Positions 18,970 to 26,334 of a stretch of DNA of 26,334 bases are shown piece by piece. The notes beneath the pieces were generated by a model, which did not search any database, was not told the DNA's origin, and was given only the letters and a program-made list of their open reading frames with translations. Each line of letters opens with the position of its first letter. Positions within the stretch are counted from its first letter, which is position 1. The position numbers and the translations under genes are program-made. This stretch comes from Synechococcus sp. (GTDB taxonomy: Bacteria; Cyanobacteriota; Cyanobacteriia; Thermostichales; PCC-7336): the NCBI GenBank assembly GCA_051439605.1, contig JBFRWN010000139.1, positions 1 to 26,334 of the forward strand, in the 5' to 3' direction.

Positions 18970-20706
18970 ATGGTGTCATACCCTCTATCCAGATTATTTA
19001 CTGGCTCAGAAGTTCCTGTCAGACTGCTATTCGGCTTCCCCCTACTGGCGATCGCCCTTACTAGCTGTGCAGGAATCATCCCCTCCAGTCCCCCCGATCT
19101 TGAAATCGAATTTCGGGTGGGTAGCGCTCTGAAACACTTCTGCGAGGAGGGAGCTGAGCGATTTAACCGCACCAACCCCAAGCTAGAGTCCGGACAGTCT
19201 GTTCAACTCACTTGTTCGGCCCTCGGTAGCGGCGATGTCGTCACCTCGACTCTCGATTTGGCACGCGGTTTACAGACCGGCTCCGTAGCCCCAGAGGATC
19301 CCGCCTTCCCGACACTGCTCTCGGTGGATGGGGAGGTCTATCACAGCCAGTTGCGTTTCCAAATGAACCAGCTATTCCCCGGCCAGGACTACATCCCCGA
19401 CATCCCCGATGCTCCGTTACTGGCCAATAGCCCAATGGTATTTATGGTGCCAGAGGATTTGGCAGACGGCCTAGAGCAGCAGGGCAATATCTTTGCGGCT
19501 CTTGTGGAAGCCGAAAATCATGCGGATCTCGATCCCAACAGCCGCCCATTGCCCATCAGCTTCGTGCAAACCGCTCCGACACGCTCCAACTCAGGCTTGC
19601 AAACCCTGATTGCCCAATTTACTTCTGTGTCCGGCCAAGCCCCCGAAACTCTAACGGAGCAAGATATTCAGCAATATCAGAGGGATGTACAGCAGATTCA
19701 AAGTAAAGTCACCCGCTACGGCGCATCCACTGGCACGTTGGCCCGCGATATGCTGGCCAACGGCCCCTTCTGGGCTTCCATTGGCTCCGTCTACGAATCG
19801 TCGGTGATTGCCGCCAATACTCTCGCGCAACCGGGGGACACCCGCTACCGGGCAGTCTATCCGCAGGCGACGTTTACGTCCAACATGCGAGCGATTTTGC
19901 CAGACGCTCCTTGGGTGAGCGACGCGGAGCGCGAGGCCGCCGAGCAAGCGATCGCCTTTTTCCGCACCCCAGACATACAGCGCTTAGCCACCGAACAAGG
20001 GCTGCGCCCCGGCGTTCCAGGTATCCCTCTCGGGCCAACCTTTTCCCCCCGATACGGTGTGGACCCCAACGCAACCTATGACTCTCTGCGGCCTCCACAG
20101 CCAGAGGTGGTGGATGGCATACTGCGCTCTTGGCAGGACTATGCGAAGCGCCCATCGCAGGTGGTGGTGGTCGTGGATTCCTCAGGGTCGATGGAGGGGA
20201 CAAAGCTATCAGCAGTGCAGTCTACCCTTTCTGCCTACATCGATAGTCTGGGCCCCAAGGAACGCATTGCCCTGATGGAGTTTGATGGCAATATTTATCC
20301 TCCTGTGCAGGTGGATAGCACAGAGGAGGGACGAGCGCGGGGATATCAGTTTGTCACCCAATTGCAGGCGGATGGGGGTACCCGACTTTACGACGCCACG
20401 GTGACCGCCCGCGATTATTTGTTGCAGAACCTGCAACCGGAGGCCATTAACGCCATTGTGGTGCTCACGGACGGGGAAGACAGTGGCTCTAACCTGCTAT
20501 TGGAGGGGCTGAAAGAGCAGTTGCGACGTACGGGATTTTCGGGGGATGCCCGCATTGCGGTGTTTACCGTAGGCTACAGCGATCGCGGTGGCGGTTTTAA
20601 CCCGACAGTCTTAGAAACTATCGCCGCTGTCAGCGGTGGCTATTACCGCGAAGGAGACCCCGCTTCCATTTCCCGCTTGATGGCAGATTTACAGGTTGAG
20701 TTTTAG
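18970..20706 (+). CDS. Lipoprotein with a type-2 solute-binding (PBP2/SBP_bac_11-like) domain and a C-terminal vWA domain
   Basis: Lipobox LTSC (Cys33); SBP-like motifs LANSPMVFMV, PTRSNSG and VYES; vWA with intact MIDAS (VVDSSGSM, GGTRLYDA, VVLTDGED). Confidence 0.85.
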   Translation: MVSYPLSRLFTGSEVPVRLLFGFPLLAIALTSCAGIIPSSPPDLEIEFRVGSALKHFCEEGAERFNRTNPKLESGQSVQLTCSALGSGDVVTSTLDLARGLQTGSVAPEDPAFPTLLSVDGEVYHSQLRFQMNQLFPGQDYIPDIPDAPLLANSPMVFMVPEDLADGLEQQGNIFAALVEAENHADLDPNSRPLPISFVQTAPTRSNSGLQTLIAQFTSVSGQAPETLTEQDIQQYQRDVQQIQSKVTRYGASTGTLARDMLANGPFWASIGSVYESSVIAANTLAQPGDTRYRAVYPQATFTSNMRAILPDAPWVSDAEREAAEQAIAFFRTPDIQRLATEQGLRPGVPGIPLGPTFSPRYGVDPNATYDSLRPPQPEVVDGILRSWQDYAKRPSQVVVVVDSSGSMEGTKLSAVQSTLSAYIDSLGPKERIALMEFDGNIYPPVQVDSTEEGRARGYQFVTQLQADGGTRLYDATVTARDYLLQNLQPEAINAIVVLTDGEDSGSNLLLEGLKEQLRRTGFSGDARIAVFTVGYSDRGGGFNPTVLETIAAVSGGYYREGDPASISRLMADLQVEF

Positions 20707-20764
20707 GTCAATCCTGACAGTGAATTGGGATGAATCAATCGCTTCTCAGCAAAAGGACTCGTCA

Positions 20765-21493
20765 ATGAACAAACTGGCCAACCCCTTAAACTATCCACTG
20801 GCGGTGCTGGCAGGAGGCATTTTGCTAGTGATGGGGGCACGGGTGTTGAAATTTCCTGTGGCAGTAACGGTACCAGCGGCGATCGCGGTGGCTGCCGGCG
20901 GTTCGAGCGCCCTGAAAGTGCTAAACCCCAGCCCGTTGCCGCTGGAGTCCCTCGAACTGACCCGCGAGCTACTGGGGATTCGGCAATCGGCAGACGTATT
21001 AGCTGCTAAAGCAAAGCAGTTGAGGGACGAGTCTCGACAGCTATTGGGGGAGGATGCCTTTCAGGTGGATCTGCTGGCGGCGGTGGAACTCGCCTGCGAT
21101 CGCTCGGCAGAATTGCCTGCCAAGGTGGATGCGCTTGGAAAGCGGCTGCGGGGGAAGCAATCGCTGCTGTCAGCACAGGAGCTAGAAGCTCAACTGCACT
21201 CCGTAGAGGCTCGGTTAAGTACCAGTTCCGGAGCAGCCCGCCAGCACTTGCAGAAATTAGCTACCACCCTAAGCAACAATATCCAACTGGCTCAAGAGGG
21301 TAGCGATGCCCGCCAGGCTCAAACAATCGCGCTAGCCACCACCATCCAAGAGTCTGCTGGTGTATTGCAGCAATTACAGAATCAGTTGAGGACGGCAGAT
21401 TTATCCGATCGCGAACAGGTGGACGAGCTGCGATTGCTAAGCGACGAACTGAAGGGATATCAAGAAAATGTCGATTTTTTAGTGGCGGGTTAA
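20765..21493 (+). CDS. Uncharacterised membrane protein: N-terminal TM hairpin plus long coiled-coil/helical region
   Basis: ATG 20765 preceded by AAGGA. Two hydrophobic segments (YPLAVLAGGILLVMG; FPVAVTVPAAIAVAAG) are followed by L/Q/E-rich heptad-like helices. Confidence 0.8.
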   Translation: MNKLANPLNYPLAVLAGGILLVMGARVLKFPVAVTVPAAIAVAAGGSSALKVLNPSPLPLESLELTRELLGIRQSADVLAAKAKQLRDESRQLLGEDAFQVDLLAAVELACDRSAELPAKVDALGKRLRGKQSLLSAQELEAQLHSVEARLSTSSGAARQHLQKLATTLSNNIQLAQEGSDARQAQTIALATTIQESAGVLQQLQNQLRTADLSDREQVDELRLLSDELKGYQENVDFLVAG

Positions 21494-21572
21494 TCGGTTA
21501 CCACTATCTGAATGTATGTGCCGGAGGAACGATGCCTCCAACTTAGATTGCTAGACAAGTTAGAGGCGATAG

Positions 21573-22676
21573 GTGATGACAAGCAAAACCATACTTTCAT
21601 TGGGCATCGCAGGACTGTCGGCCCTGTTGGCCTACGCCCCACTTCCCGGTGTCAACCAAACTGTAGTGGTGGTCAGCGGTTCGGAACTCGAAGAGTCTTT
21701 GGAATTGTTGGTAGACCGCTTCGAGCGCTCGCATCCCGACATTAACATTGACCTGCACATTCAGGGGTCCCAAGACATCGTCAATCGCTACATTGCCGAT
21801 GACAACCCCTTTATCCCCACCGTTTTGATTCCAGCCAACGGCGATATGCTGATCGAACTGGCCGATCGCTGGCGATCGATCGAGCACAGCGAGCCTTTCT
21901 TCGACGCCCCTCAACCCATCGCCAAAACCATGCTTGTGGGTATTGCCTGGCCAGAGCGAGGAGAGGCGCTGTTTCCCACTGGGGAATTTGATTGGTTAAG
22001 GCTGGAGGAGGCCATGATTGCCCGCAACTGGTCAGAATTGGGGGGAAACGCTGAATGGGGCAGCTTTGATTTTGTCACCACCGACCCCACGCGATCCAAC
22101 AGCGGCCAGTTAACCCTCAGCTTGCTGACCCAAACAGTCGAACTGGGGGACCAGCCGCTGTCCAACCAAAACCTCAATAGTGCTGACGTGCAATCCCTCT
22201 TCAAGTTAGTGCGCAGCTCCGTTTACCAACCCCCCCGTTCTACCGATATTTTGTTGCAGGAATTTATTACCCGTGGCCCCAACGAGGCGGATATCGCTAC
22301 CGTTTACGAGAGTATTGCCCTGTACCGCTGGGATGAAGCCTCCGTCACGCAGGGAATTCCTTACCAAATCTATTATCCCAACCCGACTGTCGAGACTGTT
22401 TCCACTGCAGCGATCGTTACCCGAGATGTATCTAACGGCACCGCTCAAGCAGCTCAGACATTTATTGAGTACCTAGCTGCCCCCCAACAGCAAGAATTGT
22501 TCGTTCAATTTGGCTTTCGCCCAGCCATCTCCGACATCGACCTATCTAGCGTCAAGCGCAGCCCTTGGGCTGAGGGCATTCCGGGGGCAGAGGAAGATCC
22601 GAGTACCATTGCGATCCACCCTCCTAGCCGGGAAGCAATTGGGGAAATTCAGCGGCTATGGGAACGGTCAAAGTAA
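21573..22676 (+). CDS. Type-2 solute-binding-fold protein, paralogous to the N-terminal domain of 18970..20706
   Basis: N-terminal hydrophobic signal/anchor; GSQDIV, TDPTRSNSG, TVYES, YYPNPT and GFRP motifs; no vWA domain. Confidence 0.85.
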   Translation: MMTSKTILSLGIAGLSALLAYAPLPGVNQTVVVVSGSELEESLELLVDRFERSHPDINIDLHIQGSQDIVNRYIADDNPFIPTVLIPANGDMLIELADRWRSIEHSEPFFDAPQPIAKTMLVGIAWPERGEALFPTGEFDWLRLEEAMIARNWSELGGNAEWGSFDFVTTDPTRSNSGQLTLSLLTQTVELGDQPLSNQNLNSADVQSLFKLVRSSVYQPPRSTDILLQEFITRGPNEADIATVYESIALYRWDEASVTQGIPYQIYYPNPTVETVSTAAIVTRDVSNGTAQAAQTFIEYLAAPQQQELFVQFGFRPAISDIDLSSVKRSPWAEGIPGAEEDPSTIAIHPPSREAIGEIQRLWERSK

Positions 22677-22717
22677 CCGTTTGCAAAACCTGTGACTGCT
22701 ATTTTGTAAAACTGATT

Positions 22718-22752
22718 TTATGTAAGGTTGCTACTCCTGCTGCCTTACATAA
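22718..22752. repeat. 10-bp inverted repeat downstream of the SBP operon (possible terminator or operator)
   Basis: TTATGTAAGG (22718-22727) and CCTTACATAA (22743-22752) with a 15-nt spacer. A second imperfect hairpin, TTTGCAAAA...TTTTGTAAA, lies at 22680-22710. Confidence 0.6.
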
Positions 22753-22988
22753 GACTTCCTGACGTGGATCGTCCCGAAAACTTCACCCCATCTTTAAAAA
22801 AGAGTACGAATTTAGTAGCGAGAAACCAATAATCCTCACAAAGAAATCATGAAGTATAAAATTTGAGTCTTTGGTGACTTTTTTTGCGCCTGCATCGTGC
22901 TATGTATGATGGATGTATAGATATATATTCATTCCTCCGTTCCTTCAGTATTGCCTAGGTATTGTCGTCCCCGAGAAATTGACTGGAA

Positions 22989-24686
22989 GTGAGGCAAGTG
23001 ACACTCCTAGAACGGTTAACCCAAAAAATTACTACATTAAAGACCGTTCTTCGGGCTGTTTACAGGCAACAGCCCGGAATTCCACTCGTAACACTGTCTC
23101 TGTTAGGGGTGGCGGGTGTCTTTGGTGGTGGCTATATTTCAGTGCGCCATTCCATCTTTCAGCAGATCGAACAACAGGCCCTTACCGAGGCCGAGATAGG
23201 TGCATTGCTATTAGATCTTGCAATCTCCGAACATCGGCAAGCGCTCGCTACCCACCCCCCAGCGATGCTGCCGCACGGTTGCGATGCTACTGAATGTTTG
23301 GGAGTATCCTCCGCCAGCGAAATAGCAACCGATATCCAGGGAGCTAGCCAATTGCGTCCCTCTGTCAATACAGCTGCCTGGCCGCAACTACAGAGCGAAT
23401 CCCAGCCAGTTTCGGACTCTCGGGAAGCGAAAAGCGATTGTCCCAATTGCCTTCAATCCCCATTCTTACCCTCCGGGGTTTTCAACAATTTGCCCGTTAC
23501 GGCTGACCTCGGTCAGGGCAGCTTTTGGGTTGTACTGAACAATTCCGGAGAGCAAGTTTTTCCTGTGGATCCAAAGTGGGTGGGGCAGCAGGAAGACCCC
23601 CATTGGCAAGACTTTGCTCAAGTCGTGACAGAGGGGGGGCAAGGGATAGTCCAGTTGCGGTTGAAGGGCGAGAGAATGTACGTGGCCCATACACCCCTCT
23701 CACAAGGTAAGGGGTCCTTAGGGTTAGCCATTCCCCACAGACATTTCAATCGCCATCTGATTCGAATGGACGCTCTGATGAGTTTGCTGGGGTTAGGGGG
23801 AATAGCAGCGTTGGCATTAGTAGGGTTGGCGATCGGCAATTTCCGCAGAGCAGAGCGTACTAAGGTTCGACTAAAGGTAAAGAAGACTTCGACCGAGATA
23901 GAACGGCAGTCTTGGCGGGCTGGCCAAAGACATCAACAACAACAGATGAGTGCTCTGCAACAGGAAATCACCCGAACGATTTCCGATAATATGGCAGGTC
24001 CGCTGACCAATTTGAAGCAGGCAGTTGTCTTAATGACCGACTACGGTCTCGGGCTACATCCGGTCCAGGTTGAGAGATATATTCGGGTGATGGAGCAGGA
24101 GGTGAGCAAACTAATCTACATGTTCGATCGCATTATTTGCTTCCGCAATCTGGAGTCTGCTTCGTTAGTGCTCAGCATGGCTCCGGTAGATTTGCAGCAG
24201 TTTTGCGAAGATTTAGTGGCCCGTTGCCAACAAGACTTGAGTAAAAGGGCACATCTCCACAGGGTAGAACTCTCTTTTTCTGGGACTTGTGGCACGGTTT
24301 ACCTAGACTGCTACTTAGTAACATTGGTGCTGGAACCGATTTTGCGCAATGCCATGCGCTATTCCAGCAATCATCCGGAGATGCCCGCCATTATCTTTAC
24401 TGTGGATACCAGTCATGCGGGGCGGATAGAATTTAGGGTTTCCGATCGCGGGGTGGGGATTCCAGAACAGGATCTAGAAGAAGTCTTTAAACCGTTTGTG
24501 CGCGGTAGCAATGTGATGCACCAGCCAGGGACAGGGGTAGGCTTAGCAATCGCTAAGCAAGCGATTGATGCCATGCGGGGGGAGTTGACCATTGTCAGTC
24601 GTTTGTTTGTGGGCACAACGGTTACGGCGGTTGTGCCGGTGGGGGAAGCAGGTCAGCTGATTACCACCCAGTCTGTGGCGAGCTAG
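22989..24686 (+). CDS. Membrane histidine-kinase-like protein (Cache-like sensor, degenerate HisKA, HATPase_c)
   Basis: Two TM segments, a PDC/Cache-like segment (VVLNNSGEQV...MYVAHTPL...LGLAIP), N-box LRNAMRYS, G1 VSDRGVGIP, F box VFKPF and G2 GTGVGLAI. The H-box position reads ISDNMAGPL. Confidence 0.85.
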   Translation: MRQVTLLERLTQKITTLKTVLRAVYRQQPGIPLVTLSLLGVAGVFGGGYISVRHSIFQQIEQQALTEAEIGALLLDLAISEHRQALATHPPAMLPHGCDATECLGVSSASEIATDIQGASQLRPSVNTAAWPQLQSESQPVSDSREAKSDCPNCLQSPFLPSGVFNNLPVTADLGQGSFWVVLNNSGEQVFPVDPKWVGQQEDPHWQDFAQVVTEGGQGIVQLRLKGERMYVAHTPLSQGKGSLGLAIPHRHFNRHLIRMDALMSLLGLGGIAALALVGLAIGNFRRAERTKVRLKVKKTSTEIERQSWRAGQRHQQQQMSALQQEITRTISDNMAGPLTNLKQAVVLMTDYGLGLHPVQVERYIRVMEQEVSKLIYMFDRIICFRNLESASLVLSMAPVDLQQFCEDLVARCQQDLSKRAHLHRVELSFSGTCGTVYLDCYLVTLVLEPILRNAMRYSSNHPEMPAIIFTVDTSHAGRIEFRVSDRGVGIPEQDLEEVFKPFVRGSNVMHQPGTGVGLAIAKQAIDAMRGELTIVSRLFVGTTVTAVVPVGEAGQLITTQSVAS

Positions 24687-24749
24687 CGAGGTGTTCTTAG
24701 ACTTTTCCGCATCTCTTTTCACGGCGACCCCTATTTCACATTCATGAAT

Positions 24750-25289
24750 TTAAAATCTCGATCCTGGCTGCTTTAAAAACTCTATTTCGGCTGGGGTGGA
24801 TTCTCTTCCTAATATTTGATTGCGATGGGGGTAACGCCCAAATTGCTCGATGACCTGCTTGTGTTTCAGTTCGTATTGGTAGTTGGAGACAATACCGTTT
24901 TTGCGAAATAGCTCGACGGCCACGCTGTGCATAACGAGGGATTCGCTGTGCATAAAGGGCATGTAAAGCATGCCGCGTTCGTCTTGGGCCAGTTGCTGGT
25001 CGGCTTTGGTGGCGATCGCCTCTTGGGCGAGGGCAAGGGCAAGGGGGTCAGTTTCGAAGGCTTGGGGACTGTTGCGATACATGTTGCGGGAGAACTGGTC
25101 TAGCACCAGAATTTCAGCCAGTCTGCCGAGGGGAGAGGTGCGCCAGCGGAACAGTTCGCATTGTTTGGCTTGGTGGTGAATGTCACTGAACCGTTCTCGG
25201 ATCAGATGGTCCAGCTTTTCGTCTTTTTTCCACCATTGCTTGCGTTTGATTTGGTGGAACCAAAAGTCGATGACTTCAATCCATTCCAT
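24750..25289 (-). CDS. DUF924 family protein
   Basis: VIDFWF, WWKKD...LDHLIRERF, LAEILVLDQFSRNMYR, YMPFMHSE and FGRYPHRNQILGREST. Confidence 0.92.
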   Translation of the reverse strand: MEWIEVIDFWFHQIKRKQWWKKDEKLDHLIRERFSDIHHQAKQCELFRWRTSPLGRLAEILVLDQFSRNMYRNSPQAFETDPLALALAQEAIATKADQQLAQDERGMLYMPFMHSESLVMHSVAVELFRKNGIVSNYQYELKHKQVIEQFGRYPHRNQILGRESTPAEIEFLKQPGSRF

Positions 25290-25638
25290 AGGTTTTATTG
25301 TCCGGACAAGGCGTGCAGCTTGTGACTTTATAGCTAGCTCTGTACTTTACAATCCGGCGGCGTAGGTTCGGAGTTCTAACAGGGTTAATTTCGACATGGT
25401 TCAACCCTGTGGATTTATCAACGGCAAGGTAAAAGTCTTACCAGGAGTCAGATCTCAATAATGACTATTGGGCAAGGGTCTGGGACATCGATAATACACA
25501 GTCAATGCTACCTAAGTTTCGATCGGGCCAGAGTTTCAAAGAGCACTAAGTCAATGTGACATATTTAACTAAATTTATTACATTTTCATTCGATATAAGA
25601 CTTCATTAAGCCATTAGATAACTTCCAACTGGCAAACG

Positions 25639-25767
25639 ATGAGACTTCTTTATGCTTTAGGGCTTGCTTACTTAGGATTGTGTTCGTGGTATTTGGCCTG
25701 GCGCTATCTCTCGTCACGGCTGCAGAATTACTGGATGCTCTGGCGCAGAAGACTATCCGAACTGTGA
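25639..25767 (+). CDS. Putative 42-aa single-TM small protein
   Basis: MRLLYALGLAYLGLCSWYLAWRYLSSRLQNYWMLWRRRLSEL*; its TGA overlaps GTG 25764 (GTGA). Shorter than any ORF in the supplied track. Confidence 0.3.
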   Translation: MRLLYALGLAYLGLCSWYLAWRYLSSRLQNYWMLWRRRLSEL

Positions 25768-26334
25768 CAGCCAAAACAAACCAGTGGGACAGAACCTGTC
25801 TTATTTGTGGGACGCCCGATCCACTGGGACTCGAGATCTGTACGAACTGCCGCAGCGGTTCCGCTAGCGCAAACGATACTCTGACTCTGCTAAACACTCC
25901 CACTAACCAAGACCAACGCAACCGGCTCACTCAGCAACTCGCCCAATCACTTGGCTTGCCCGACAGCACCCTTGGCCTGCGCGAAGCAGTTCTGGGGAGA
26001 AAGCCGTTGGTCTGCATTCCAGCAGCCAGTGGCGATCGCGTGCTCAGATCGCTGTCACAATCCGGTATGGAAGCTCGTACAGTCCCGATATCGCAGACCT
26101 GGCAGTTGATTCCCGTCTCGTATTACGGTCTCCTCGTAGCAGTTTTGGGGGTTGCCGCTTGGGTGAGTTTGTGGAGCAGCCCGCTGGTGGCAGTTGCACT
26201 GTGGGGGCTGGCTTATCGCACCGTTCGCACACCCCTGCTGGAAGCATCTGCGTCTAAATCCCCATTGCCAACGAGCCTGCAGGATCAACTGATTGAAACC
26301 CTCGGGCAACTCCCCGATGGAACTGGACGCAATC
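25764..26334 (+). CDS. Zinc-ribbon (CxxC...CxxC) membrane protein, 3'-truncated by the window edge
   Basis: The frame is open from 25599 to the end. From GTG 25764 it reads MTAKTNQWDRTCLICGTPDPLGLEICTNCRSG..., then a TM hairpin YYGLLVAVLGVAAWVSLWSSPLVAVALWGLAY. Absent from the ORF track, presumably because it has no stop in the window. Alternative GTG starts at 25680 and 25686. Confidence 0.75.
   Translation, partial: MTAKTNQWDRTCLICGTPDPLGLEICTNCRSGSASANDTLTLLNTPTNQDQRNRLTQQLAQSLGLPDSTLGLREAVLGRKPLVCIPAASGDRVLRSLSQSGMEARTVPISQTWQLIPVSYYGLLVAVLGVAAWVSLWSSPLVAVALWGLAYRTVRTPLLEASASKSPLPTSLQDQLIETLGQLPDGTGRN

Larger units (their letters stand above)
757..26039. repeat. Dispersed HIP1 octamer GCGATCGC
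   Basis: At least 24 exact copies counted by eye (e.g. 757, 2591, 5148, 5601, 9843, 11809, 12114, 16342, 20579, 26032). About 0.4 copies would be expected for a random 8-mer at uniform composition. HIP1 is a cyanobacterial hallmark. Confidence 0.95.

Noticed and set aside
22722..22734. NtcA-like site GTA...TAC
   Set aside because: The spacer is 7 nt rather than the required 8.
25586..26309. Minus-strand ORFs 25586..25930, 26044..26247 and 26055..26309
   Set aside because: Antisense to the more convincing + strand zinc-ribbon/TM frame.

Overview
Cyanobacterial chromosomal window (at least 24 HIP1 GCGATCGC octamers). In order it holds: the 3' end of a CBM6/35-like domain gene; an orphan Wza/SLBB polysaccharide export gene; a DsbA/ScsC-like lipoprotein; a three-gene signalling operon (CHASE4-HAMP-PAS histidine kinase, Rcp1-like receiver, REC-PAS-GGDEF-EAL); an uninterrupted bidirectional [NiFe]-hydrogenase cluster hoxEFUYH-hoxW-hypA-hypB; an ICMT-family methyltransferase; folP with an N-terminal extension; and a carboxylesterase. 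These are followed by a three-gene operon of two paralogous solute-binding-fold proteins (one a lipoprotein with a MIDAS vWA domain) flanking a TM-hairpin/coiled-coil protein, with no permease or ATPase; a membrane histidine kinase whose phospho-acceptor His appears replaced by Asp; a DUF924 gene; and a small TM ORF coupled to a zinc-ribbon/TM gene that runs off the right edge. The best candidates for poorly described biology are the SBP-vWA/coiled-coil/SBP triad and the His-less kinase. I recognised no rRNA, tRNA, CRISPR array or transposase. All assignments come from reading motifs by eye; no searches were run.
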